DNA of 64,000 bases from Deltaproteobacteria bacterium (lineage in GTDB: Bacteria; UBA10199; SPLOWO2-01-44-7), in NCBI GenBank assembly GCA_023265595.1, contig JAHFSU010000002.1:21105-85104 (forward strand). The letters run 5' to 3'. The position numbers and the translations under genes were made by a program. Below are positions 47,714 through 56,508 of this stretch, in pieces (the stretch's first letter is position 1; each line of letters begins with the position of its first letter). The notes under the pieces are model-generated. The model saw only the letters and a program-made list of their open reading frames with translations. It made no database searches and was not told where the DNA came from.

Positions 47714-48285
47714 TCTATCTGAATCGACTCTTTGATCCCATTTTTAACAAGAAACCCTGAGAGAAGAATTTTTTCGGCAACGGTTCCATTTTTGTCCGGG
47801 AGAAAAAGGGATTGCCCCCCTCCTTCCAGAAAAATTTCTTGGATGCCAAAAGGACGAAGGAGCCCGTTGATGCGGATCTCTTCTTCATTCAACGGGAGCG
47901 GCTCCATTTTTACCTTGAGGAGCCATTGGGTTTCAAAAGTTTGAAGTTTATCTCCTAAAAAATCTTCTTCCTTTTTCAAAACGGTTTCCGGCTTTGTTTC
48001 AATCGGGGGTATGCCGAGACATTCCAAATTCAACGGCGCCTTTTCAAGACAACAAGCCGACAAATCTCCCCTGCGCCGATCAATCACCCATTCCGAACCG
48101 ATTTTTCTCCCCCATAATTCTTTTCTGACCCCGTTTCGTATTTCAAGATAACCGACATGATCGACCGACTTTTTGGAAACGGCCAAAGCCGGAAAAGAAG
48201 AAAAAAGAGCAAAAAAAATAAAAACCGCCTTAGTTTTGGAACAAATTTTTTTCATATCCTTATCCTCGCCAGTTTTCGCATCCAC
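47689..48285 (-). CDS. Hypothetical secreted protein between tadB and tadC
   Basis: 198 aa with a signal peptide (…FFALFSSFPALA). Confidence 0.4.
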   Translation of the reverse strand: MDAKTGEDKDMKKICSKTKAVFIFFALFSSFPALAVSKKSVDHVGYLEIRNGVRKELWGRKIGSEWVIDRRRGDLSACCLEKAPLNLECLGIPPIETKPETVLKKEEDFLGDKLQTFETQWLLKVKMEPLPLNEEEIRINGLLRPFGIQEIFLEGGGQSLFLPDKNGTVAEKILLSGFLVKNGIKESIQIEWASGREP

Positions 48286-48830
48286 AAATAGCCGCCCAAA
48301 TCGAGGCCAAGGATCAGAAAAACGGAAAGCCAGCCGAGAGGATGCGTGAAAAGGGGTGAAATAAACTCGGGAGAAATAAAAGCGATACAGGCCGCCAAGC
48401 CAAACGGCATGACCGCTAAAATGGCTCCCTGAGCCATTCCTTGGGCGGTCAACAGATGAATCTTCGCTGAAACACGTTGTCTCTCCCTCAAAATGCGCGA
48501 GAGATTTTCAAGATGTCCGACCAAATTACCGCCGATGCCGCGGAGCAGAACAATCGAATGGGCCATCAAGGAAAAATCGGGGCTGTTGAGGCGATGGGCC
48601 GAATCCAAAAGGGCTTCGTCCAAAGAATGACCCAGTTTTGTTTTTTCCAAAATGGCGGCTACCGTCTCTTTGAATGGTGACGGCCCCTCCTCAGCTGCCA
48701 TCTGAAACGCCTGATGCATTCCGAGACCGGCCTTTAAGGCATTGGCCATGAGCAAAAATCCGTCAGGAAGAACCGCTTCGAGTTTTTTCGGATGTTTTTC
48801 AAACATCGATCTCCTCCAAAGTAAAAACAT
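48252..48830 (-). CDS. tadB: Tad pilus inner-membrane platform protein (TadB-like, T2SS-F domain)
   Basis: 192 aa. A GspF-domain helical segment followed by TM helices. Confidence 0.65.
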   Translation of the reverse strand: MFLLWRRSMFEKHPKKLEAVLPDGFLLMANALKAGLGMHQAFQMAAEEGPSPFKETVAAILEKTKLGHSLDEALLDSAHRLNSPDFSLMAHSIVLLRGIGGNLVGHLENLSRILRERQRVSAKIHLLTAQGMAQGAILAVMPFGLAACIAFISPEFISPLFTHPLGWLSVFLILGLDLGGYLWMRKLARIRI

Positions 48831-50652
48831 CCCCTTCCATCCCCGATAATTTTACAATCGATACAATTTTCCGATTGCCATCCGCCCCCCTCGCAATCTG
48901 AACAACAATATCGATTGCCGAGGCGATCTGTTCCCGAATGGCTTTTGAGGGGAGTTCCATCTCCGCAAACATCACGAGCGTTTCAAGCCGCGAGAGGGCA
49001 TCGCGCGGCGAATTGGCATGAAGCGTTGTGAGCGAGCCTTCATGCCCCGTGTTCATCGCCTGCAGCATATCGAGCGCCTCCGCCCCGCGACATTCGCCGA
49101 CAACGATCCGGTCCGGGCGCATCCGCAGCGCGTTCCGAACCAGATCACGAATCGCAATGGCCCCTTTCCCTTCTATATTTGCGGGCCGCGACTCGAGGCG
49201 AACCACATGCGGCTGGTTGAGTCTCAATTCCGCCGCATCTTCAATCGTGATAATCCGTTCCTGTTCCGAAATAAAAGAGGAGAGGAGATTCAACAGGGTT
49301 GTTTTTCCCGAACCGGTGCCGCCCGAAACCAGAATATTCATTTTGTTTAAAACGGCCTCTTTCAAAAAAGAGAGTGTCTGCGCCGAGGCCGTTTGCGAAC
49401 GGATCAGATCGTCGGGCCCCAGCATCTCTTTCGAAAAACGCCGGATACTGATGATGGGGCCATTGAGCGCCAATGGCGGAATGATGATATTGACACGCGA
49501 ACCGCACGGCAGTCTGGCATCGACCATTGGAGAAAAAACATCGACCCGCCTGCCGCAAGGGGCCAGAATGCGCTCGATCGCCTTATCCAAAAAATCGCGA
49601 TTTGAAAAATGAAGCGCTGTTTTTTTGAGTCGTCCTTTTTCCTCCACATAAATCGGATCACATCCGTTCACCAAAATTTCGTTGTTGTCGGGAGACTGAA
49701 GCAGTTTTTCGAGAGGGCCCAATCCCAAAAGTTCATCGAGCAATTCTTCGGTCAGATTTGTTCGGTCGGCTTCTTGCGGAATGGTTTGTGTCTGCCGGCT
49801 TAACACCTCATGAACGATCATCCTTATTTTGTCACGAATCCCCTCTTCATTTTGATCGGCCTTTAATCCTTTCGCCTCCATCTGCTGTTTGATATTTTTA
49901 AGCAGCATCCCTTTGAAAGCGGTCTCCTGCGGCATCCTTTTTTCTTCCACGGAAAAGGTCGGCGCCGTTTTTTTTTCACCCAGCAGCCTTTCCGGAAGAA
50001 AGGGGGCCAAATCACCATTCGGGGAGACCAGCCCCTTCAATTTAAGGTGGGCCTCTTCAACATTTTTTCCAAAACAGGTGATCGCGGCAAAATGCTCGAC
50101 ATCGCCTGCCTTCAAAAAAGTTTTTGCATCCCAACGGTTTGCCAAAAACCCGAGCCGCTGTAATGGAAAAAAGCTCGCGGCCAATGCTTCCGTCTTGCGC
50201 TTTAGCGCCTGCAACTGCGTCATGACGGGATTTAAAATAAAAAGGAGGAGGGATGATTTTTTGAAAAATTCGATCGCAACCGGATGCCAGCGGGAACCGA
50301 AATCACCAAGAATCCAATCGAAACAGGAAAAAATGGGATCAGAGGATTTCGCAAACGAGCCGTCGGTCGGCAAAAGTTGCAGCACACTCAAGTCCAAAGA
50401 CCCGCGCAAAAAAGAGGCAACCATGCCGCCGGTGGCAATCCGAGGCAGCTTTTGCAAATCGGCCACGGTCCGCCACGGATGGGAATCCTCGCTGATGATT
50501 TTGAGATCGCCCGGATGATCGACATCCCCGTCGATCAGCAAAACACGCCCGCCGTTTTTGGAAAGGGTGGCCGCCAGCTCTAAACAAAAATGGGAAGCCC
50601 CCACTCCGTCTTTCACCCCCATCACCGATATAAAATGTTGTCCCTTCATCAT
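48799..50652 (-). CDS. cpaF: CpaF/TadA secretion ATPase fused to an N-terminal degenerate CpaE/TadZ (ParA/MinD-like) domain
   Basis: The C-terminal ~330 aa are canonical CpaF (Walker A GGTGSGKTT, Asp box, Walker B RIVVGECRG, His box LTTLHAN). The N-terminal ~300 aa have a ParA-like fold pattern, but the P-loop is degraded to GVKDGVGAS. Confidence 0.8.
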   Translation of the reverse strand: MMKGQHFISVMGVKDGVGASHFCLELAATLSKNGGRVLLIDGDVDHPGDLKIISEDSHPWRTVADLQKLPRIATGGMVASFLRGSLDLSVLQLLPTDGSFAKSSDPIFSCFDWILGDFGSRWHPVAIEFFKKSSLLLFILNPVMTQLQALKRKTEALAASFFPLQRLGFLANRWDAKTFLKAGDVEHFAAITCFGKNVEEAHLKLKGLVSPNGDLAPFLPERLLGEKKTAPTFSVEEKRMPQETAFKGMLLKNIKQQMEAKGLKADQNEEGIRDKIRMIVHEVLSRQTQTIPQEADRTNLTEELLDELLGLGPLEKLLQSPDNNEILVNGCDPIYVEEKGRLKKTALHFSNRDFLDKAIERILAPCGRRVDVFSPMVDARLPCGSRVNIIIPPLALNGPIISIRRFSKEMLGPDDLIRSQTASAQTLSFLKEAVLNKMNILVSGGTGSGKTTLLNLLSSFISEQERIITIEDAAELRLNQPHVVRLESRPANIEGKGAIAIRDLVRNALRMRPDRIVVGECRGAEALDMLQAMNTGHEGSLTTLHANSPRDALSRLETLVMFAEMELPSKAIREQIASAIDIVVQIARGADGNRKIVSIVKLSGMEGDVFTLEEIDV

Positions 50653-52106
50653 TTTTTCTCTTTTAAATATTGATGATATTCCTTCGCGGAGCGCTCTCGA
50701 ATCATCTCTTCCTCTCTCTTTTTCCAATTTTCATTAAAAGAGGAAACCGCCGGCGGCGACGGCGCCGTTGCAAGGCGGGGAAGCGCGAAAATCACAAATT
50801 CCGACTTGTCACTTTGAAAATCTTTCGACAAAAAAAGCGTGAAAAGGGCGGAAGAGGTCGCCATATTTTTCGGGACGCGATGGTAGGTCTTTACATCGCG
50901 ATTACTCAAAATCCCCCCCAAGATTACCGCCTGACCGGAAGGGACATAGGCGGTCGTATTGATCGAATGGGTGTTGATGCCGCCGTCGATATGAGCCGAC
51001 GGCGTGGAGATTTGCGCGGAGAGTTTCAAATCGATATCCGATCCCGCAGCAACCGGTTGCGTCTCCATTTTAACGCCGACCTCTTTGAACTGGACATTTT
51101 GCTGCGCAAAATAAGGGACCTGAACGCCGCTGAAAAACTGAGCCGCATCGCCGCTTTTCACAAAGAGTGTCGGGTTTTCCAAAACACGGCCGAGCCCATG
51201 CTCCCGCACAAAACGGATTTTGGGGAGAAGGTTGAAAATAAAACCGACCAGCGATTGTCCCAAACCGCCAATCCCTCCGCCGGCGCCGCTGATGCCACCG
51301 ACCGCTTCTTCCCCGCTCGACGGAAAGGAACCCGGGGCCCATTGAATTCCAAACGTTCTTAAGGCCGATTTTTGAATCTCCATAAAATAGAGATCGATTT
51401 GAATCATCGCCTGCTTGCCGACATTCCGATCGGTCGGTTTGATCTCAATCAGATTCAGCGCATTCGGATCGTAGAGTTTTGCAATTTCATACGCCTTGTT
51501 TGCGGCGGCCGGGCTAAAGGCGATCCCTTCCAGAATCACACGGTCCCTCACGGAGCGGACTTTGATGCCGGGGGTGGCGATTGCATTTTCAATCCGGTTG
51601 GTCAGTGTTTCCAAAACCGGTTTGGCCAAGACGACCTCATTCATTATTTGCGGATATTTTGCGGCAAAGGCCTGTAATCTTTTGTAATCAGATGGCGAAG
51701 GGGCTTCGCCGATCATCCGAATGAAATCATCTTGAACTAAAAATTCCACACTCCGGATGGAGGCAAACGATTGTTTGGCCTCGCTCAGAACGGCATTCAA
51801 ATTGGCGCTATGAACGGTGACCGGAACGACCTCCTTCAAATCCCCTTTTTTGTCCCAGAGGGTGAGCAGCGTAAACCCTTCATTTTTTCCGTTGAGATAG
51901 AGCGATTTTCTCTCATCTTGAATTACAAAATCGGCCACTTTGGGGTCGGCAATCGCCACATCGCCGATTTCATAATCGGTTTGAACAACCGACGATTCCC
52001 CCTTTGCAATGGTTTGCGGAGAAATGGCGGCACTTTGCGCGGAAGCACCCAGCCCCAAGCCCCCAATTCCAAATAAAATCCATATTCCAAATATTTGAAG
52101 CTTCAT
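50649..52106 (-). CDS. cpaC: Tad pilus secretin (CpaC/RcpA)
   Basis: Signal peptide. The C-terminal secretin domain (…VLENPTLFVKSGDAAQFFSGVQVPY…GGILSNRD…) ends with a low-complexity tail. Confidence 0.8.
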   Translation of the reverse strand: MKLQIFGIWILFGIGGLGLGASAQSAAISPQTIAKGESSVVQTDYEIGDVAIADPKVADFVIQDERKSLYLNGKNEGFTLLTLWDKKGDLKEVVPVTVHSANLNAVLSEAKQSFASIRSVEFLVQDDFIRMIGEAPSPSDYKRLQAFAAKYPQIMNEVVLAKPVLETLTNRIENAIATPGIKVRSVRDRVILEGIAFSPAAANKAYEIAKLYDPNALNLIEIKPTDRNVGKQAMIQIDLYFMEIQKSALRTFGIQWAPGSFPSSGEEAVGGISGAGGGIGGLGQSLVGFIFNLLPKIRFVREHGLGRVLENPTLFVKSGDAAQFFSGVQVPYFAQQNVQFKEVGVKMETQPVAAGSDIDLKLSAQISTPSAHIDGGINTHSINTTAYVPSGQAVILGGILSNRDVKTYHRVPKNMATSSALFTLFLSKDFQSDKSEFVIFALPRLATAPSPPAVSSFNENWKKREEEMIRERSAKEYHQYLKEKK

Positions 52107-52107
52107 T

Positions 52108-52929
52108 TTATTTTCCTCGGTACTCCCTGTATTGAGATTTTGCAGACCGTCCTTTAAAACCGACAACATCGATTGCGGAGGTCGGTTGTAAATCGAGCGG
52201 CTCCTCTTCCCACTGCGGTCTTAATGAAAACGAAATCGTTCCCTGCTGTTTTGCAAATTCAACTTCCTGAACCTGTTTAGGGGTCAAGGCCAGGGTCAAT
52301 GTTTTTTTGCGCTGATGACTTAAGCTATTTGCAAAAAGGGCTGTCCCTAAAACATTTTTTTCAGAAGCTGTTTTAGAAGCCCCCGCATCGGTATCGACCG
52401 CCAACACCAAAACCCGTTGCACCAGCGTGTGGGTTGTTGTCTGCAAATTGGCGGTCGTATCTTCCATTTCGAAAGTGACCAAAATATCGACAAAATTATT
52501 GGGACGAATCAGACCCGAAACACCGGACACCTCATCCGTTTCGACACTAAAAGCCCGCATCCCTTTCGCAATTTTTTGACTGATCCCTCCTTTTTCACCG
52601 ACCGGAAGAAGTTTTGTCTGCAAAATCTGCTCCCCTTTTAACAACGGAGAGACGGCGACAAGCCCTTCCACCTCTTCAAAAGAAGAGGCGGCCGCGGGTT
52701 GGACAAAACGGCGTGGGAATTGATTTAGAGCCAATTGGGATCGGCTGAGTCTCTCCCCTTCCGAAATATCTTTTTTGGCAACAACCGCAACAACCGGTTC
52801 TTCCAGTGCATTCAGCCGCATCTCCTTTGTTTTGAAAAATCCAAAGAGCAAAATGAACGCGGCCAGCCCGGAAGCAACGGCAATCAGCAACGGTTTTTTC
52901 GGATTCATTTTGTTCTCCTTGTCTTGCAA
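52108..52929 (-). CDS. cpaB: Flp pilus assembly protein CpaB/RcpC (SAF domain)
   Basis: 273 aa. N-terminal TM anchor. SAF-like N-domain and β-rich C-domain. Confidence 0.7.
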   Translation of the reverse strand: MQDKENKMNPKKPLLIAVASGLAAFILLFGFFKTKEMRLNALEEPVVAVVAKKDISEGERLSRSQLALNQFPRRFVQPAAASSFEEVEGLVAVSPLLKGEQILQTKLLPVGEKGGISQKIAKGMRAFSVETDEVSGVSGLIRPNNFVDILVTFEMEDTTANLQTTTHTLVQRVLVLAVDTDAGASKTASEKNVLGTALFANSLSHQRKKTLTLALTPKQVQEVEFAKQQGTISFSLRPQWEEEPLDLQPTSAIDVVGFKGRSAKSQYREYRGK

Positions 52930-53162
52930 AAATTTTCAATCACCGCGTGCACAAGACAGGGCCGCTCCAAAACGGGAAGCACCTCCTGTCGTTCACGAAG
53001 CGTTGCCGTATCCCTATATTGACGGGCCATCAGCGCTTTCTGTCTAAAATGGGTCCGTTGAAAGAGATAAAAAAGTCCCGACAAAATGGCCGAGGCAAAT
53101 AAAAGAACAACGGCCATTTCGATGACGGCCGAACCCTTAGTGTTGGACTTGAGACGGATCAA
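52905..53162 (-). CDS. TadE-like pseudopilin/minor pilin
   Basis: 85 aa. N-terminal KGSAVIEMAVVLLFASAIL resembles the TadE/TadF ERG-AVE(F)A motif. Confidence 0.5.
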   Translation of the reverse strand: MIRLKSNTKGSAVIEMAVVLLFASAILSGLFYLFQRTHFRQKALMARQYRDTATLRERQEVLPVLERPCLVHAVIENFCKTRRTK

Positions 53163-53961
53163 AATTCCTCCAATTTTCGTTTCCTTTCAAAAAACCGCCG
53201 TGCGGCAAGGACGACAAAGGGACAAAAGCAGTCTGGTAGCAAAAAACCTCTCCAGACTCTCTTTGAAAAGCGCCGTTCCAAACGGAACCGCCAAAAGGTT
53301 GCGCGGCAGAGACCGCACGCATCGTCGATTTCCAATGCGGAAAATCCCATTCAGCACCGGCCGCAAAAGCAACCACGGCGCTGGCATCCTTCACAAAGGC
53401 CATCCTTCCCTCCAACTCGGTTTTCCCGATTTTTTGATGACCGGTCGGATCAAAAAGGATGCCTCCGTTAATTTTATCGAACGCAAAATCTTTTTTGGGC
53501 CCATCCAAAATAGTGGGGGCCACGGCATAAAGCGGCACCAAACGAGCGTTCGGAATCTCTTTTTGTAATTCGTTCTCCGCAATCTCAAAGCTGAGCGACA
53601 GCATCCTCTCTGTTTTTTCAGACATCGCATCGTAGAGCCGATTTTGATCGGCCCAAAGCCGGCGGACACGGTCTTTTGGTTTTTCAAGATTCGGCTGGCT
53701 GACATTTTTAAAATCTTTTTCAAGTTCTAAAAAAAGTTCATAGGCCTTCCGATTTTCCAGCACCCATTCGTTCATCATTTCCGTCATCAAACTGGCGGCC
53801 GCAAAAACGCCGCGGTCCAAAGCCCCCTGAAGTTTCATTTTTGAAAAAACAATTTTAGAAAATTGGGCCAAGGCCGCCGCAGCAAACGCAAAGGCGATCA
53901 TAAAAAAGAGAAACAAAATAAAAATTTGGCCTTTCTGATTTATTTTTTGCATCATGGGCAC
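53137..53961 (-). CDS. TadG-like pilus-assembly protein
   Basis: 274 aa. N-terminal hydrophobic TadE/G-like segment (KGQIFILFLFFMIAFAFAAAAL). Confidence 0.45.
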   Translation of the reverse strand: MPMMQKINQKGQIFILFLFFMIAFAFAAAALAQFSKIVFSKMKLQGALDRGVFAAASLMTEMMNEWVLENRKAYELFLELEKDFKNVSQPNLEKPKDRVRRLWADQNRLYDAMSEKTERMLSLSFEIAENELQKEIPNARLVPLYAVAPTILDGPKKDFAFDKINGGILFDPTGHQKIGKTELEGRMAFVKDASAVVAFAAGAEWDFPHWKSTMRAVSAAQPFGGSVWNGAFQRESGEVFCYQTAFVPLSSLPHGGFLKGNENWRNFDPSQVQH

Positions 53962-54263
53962 TCTCCCTCATCGCCGCAAAAGACGATTGGGTTATCCATT
54001 TTCTCTTTTTCATCCCAAGCGACGCGCAGTCCTTTTAATGTCGGGTAAAAAGGGGCCGAGGCATTGCCAAAACGACCGTCATCGGCCTTGTAAACCACGG
54101 CTTTTCTGGCTTTGCCGAATGCTTTGAGTTGAGTGAGGTGGGCTTTGAATAAGGACAAAGTCATACCGATGAGGCCCGCCAAAATTAATATAAACCACGG
54201 CATCACCAAAACAAACTCCACGGCAAAGGCGCCCCGAACCGATCTATTTTTCAGGACGCGCAT
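53952..54263 (-). CDS. TadE-like pseudopilin
   Basis: The internal start MRVLKNRSVRGAFAVEFVLVMPWFILIL matches the TadE N-terminal motif. The track ORF extends upstream through flp in another frame. Confidence 0.5.
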   Translation of the reverse strand: MRVLKNRSVRGAFAVEFVLVMPWFILILAGLIGMTLSLFKAHLTQLKAFGKARKAVVYKADDGRFGNASAPFYPTLKGLRVAWDEKEKMDNPIVFCGDEGECP

Positions 54264-54432
54264 TGTCATAAGTGGTCTCCAAAGTTTTGATGACATTATC
54301 GCCCAACGCATCGACCCCCTGTTTGAATTTGGGCAACAGAGTCGATGCCGCCGCAACAAGCCCCAGCACGACAATCGCAATGATCAGCATGTATTCCGTT
54401 GCCGATTGTCCTTTTTGATTTTTTAAAATCAT
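54244..54432 (-). CDS. flp: Flp-family type IVb pilin
   Basis: 62 aa. KGQSATEYMLIIAIVVLGLVAA matches the Flp G-x4-EY processing motif plus hydrophobic helix. A perfect AAAGGAGG SD lies 7 nt upstream. Confidence 0.8.
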   Translation of the reverse strand: MILKNQKGQSATEYMLIIAIVVLGLVAAASTLLPKFKQGVDALGDNVIKTLETTYDNARPEK

Positions 54433-54457
54433 GACCGCCTCCTTTAACCTTTAAGCA

Positions 54458-54476
54458 AAAGCAAATGGCGTGCCAG
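54458..54476 (-). promoter_or_regulatory. σ54 (RpoN) promoter TGGCACGCCATTTGCT driving flp
   Basis: Plus strand reads AGCAAATGGCGTGCCA. The reverse complement has GG and GC with the canonical 10-nt spacing, ~18-45 nt upstream of the flp ATG. It is near-identical to the promoter at 19578-19598. Confidence 0.65.
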
Positions 54477-54612
54477 CCGAACGGGACAAATAATTGGGTT
54501 TGAAGCGGGAGGGGTGACGGTTTTGGGACAGGGGATGAAGTGATTACGTCAGCATATAGTGCCAGGCACTAGGTGACACTTTTGTTTTTCTTTGAGGGCG
54601 CTAATGAGTTTT

Positions 54613-56418
54613 CTATTGCAAATTTGCCTTTTGAACGGCGGAGGCGGTCGAGGCGGTCGAGGCGGTGTCGGGAAGGTCCGATTCCATCACACCGGCATCT
54701 TGTACACCGCTACCTTGTAGCACAGGTTCGAGTGCCGCAGAAGGGGCCAACTCCTCTGACTCCTCTTGCAGCTCCTCCCTTTTTGGCTCCGTAATGGTGT
54801 GTTGCACCGGCTGGATAATCAACTGTTGTCCTATTTTTAGACTCTTCACATTTTTGATTTTGTTTAAACTTTTAAGTTGGGCAATGGTCATGCCGTGCCT
54901 CTTGGCAATTTTTGCTAAATTATCTCCCTTTTTAACCTTGTAGGTCACCGAGGATATTTTTTGTATTGTATCGACTTTAACTTCCGATTCTTGCGGAGAA
55001 TCAGCGACGGAGACCGACTCGGCTGCAACTTCATTAGAGACGTCGCTAATTTCATTTTCTTCTTCCCCATTCGCCTTCTGCTCCCGACGGATCAGCCACT
55101 CCACGCCATTTTGATGTACACCCTTCGATTTTTTATTATAGGCGAGTAAATCTTCTCCTTGTAAAGAGGAGCCTGTCTTGATTTTCAGTGTTTGCCCTAC
55201 ACGAAGCCCATTTTGCCGCAAATGATTTTGAGTCTTGATCCGGCTTTGTGTCACCCCAAAACGCTTAGCCACTTTTGCCAAAGTATCGCCGCGACGAACC
55301 CGATAGCTGTGTGTTTCAGAGACCTCTTCATTGACAACAGAGGCCACCGACAAAGCCGCACCGGCTTTGGGCACCATGATGTAGCTCCCTCTTTTCAAAC
55401 GGCCTTTTTTTCCATTCAAGCCGTTGATCGAAACAAGAGTGTCGCTATCGACTCCATAACGCCTCGCAATTTTGGCAACCGTATCTCCTTTGTGAACCCG
55501 AACCGTTATCATCGATATCCGCTTTTCTGCCGGCAAGTCTGCATAAGCCAGCTCAAATTTTTCTTTGGTGCCGGGAGGCAACTTCAAAGCATATTGACGC
55601 GGTGGCGTGATGAAACGATTCAGCTCCGGATTTAACATTTTCATCTGCTCAAAATCGACTTCAGCCAGTTCTGCGGCAACACTCAGATCCAAATGACCAT
55701 CAACAACCGTTTCTTCATAAGCAAACGGTTCATGATAGTCGACATCACTGAAACCATATCGGGCAGGATTTTTGGCGATGATGGCCGCAGCAATAAATTT
55801 GGGGACATAATCTTTTGTCTCCGGCTTGAGATAGCGAGTACCCGGAGCGGTCATCTCCCAAAAATCACGGCATCCGCAGCGGCGAATGGCTTGGGAGACA
55901 CGTCCTTCACCGGCATTATATGCCGCCATAGCAAGATACCAGTCTCCAAAATCGCCGTAGAGTTTTTTCAAATATTGCGCGGCGGCCCTTGTCGCTTTTT
56001 CGGGATTGCGCCGTTCATCCAACCATTGATTGTTGTCGAGTCCGTAATGACGGCCGGTCGAGCGGATGAACTGCCACGTTCCAACCGCTTTTGCACGAGA
56101 ATAGGCGCTGTTGGAAAAGCCACTCTCAATTAATGCCAAATAGACCAGATCTTGAGGAACCCCTTCTTCTTTCAAAATCTGGCGCATCCATTCGACATAA
56201 CGGCCGGAGCGTTGCAAATAGCGGCCAAAACGGTCTCTGTTTGTCCCTTGAAAATAGTCGATCCAAGAAGAGACCCTATCATTCCTAACAATAGGGATAT
56301 CAAACTTAGATTTTTTTCCAGAACCATTAACTTTATAGGTCCGTTTGCTGAATTGACTCGAATGGGAACAGCCGATTCCGGCAATGGCCAATCCCATTAT
56401 TAATAGAATTATCCGCTT
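54613..56418 (-). CDS. mltD: Membrane-bound lytic murein transglycosylase D-like lipoprotein (SLT domain + multiple LysM repeats)
   Basis: Lipobox …IAGIGC. The SLT-domain motif is …ALIESGFSNSAYSRAKAVGTWQF…. Three or more LysM repeats (YRVRRGDTLAKVAKRFGV…; YKVKKGDNLAKIAKRHGM…). Confidence 0.8.
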   Translation of the reverse strand, partial: KRIILLIMGLAIAGIGCSHSSQFSKRTYKVNGSGKKSKFDIPIVRNDRVSSWIDYFQGTNRDRFGRYLQRSGRYVEWMRQILKEEGVPQDLVYLALIESGFSNSAYSRAKAVGTWQFIRSTGRHYGLDNNQWLDERRNPEKATRAAAQYLKKLYGDFGDWYLAMAAYNAGEGRVSQAIRRCGCRDFWEMTAPGTRYLKPETKDYVPKFIAAAIIAKNPARYGFSDVDYHEPFAYEETVVDGHLDLSVAAELAEVDFEQMKMLNPELNRFITPPRQYALKLPPGTKEKFELAYADLPAEKRISMITVRVHKGDTVAKIARRYGVDSDTLVSINGLNGKKGRLKRGSYIMVPKAGAALSVASVVNEEVSETHSYRVRRGDTLAKVAKRFGVTQSRIKTQNHLRQNGLRVGQTLKIKTGSSLQGEDLLAYNKKSKGVHQNGVEWLIRREQKANGEEENEISDVSNEVAAESVSVADSPQESEVKVDTIQKISSVTYKVKKGDNLAKIAKRHGMTIAQLKSLNKIKNVKSLKIGQQLIIQPVQHTITEPKREELQEESEELAPSAALEPVLQGSGVQDAGVMESDLPDTASTASTASAVQKANLQ

Positions 56419-56445
56419 CACAGTCACTCTACCTCCATTTTTTTT

Positions 56446-56508
56446 CGCCCTTACCCCCCGCCACACAACCGGCGGGCAGGCAACCCTCTTCCATCAAGGG
56501 AGAGGGAG
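56446..56508. repeat. Inverted copy of the GC-rich nested-hairpin repeat (cf. 16476-16553), between ftsZ and mltD; contains the hairpin CCCTCTTCC-ATCAA-GGGAGAGGG
   Basis: Seen directly. The reverse complement aligns with the 16476-16553 element. Confidence 0.55.
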
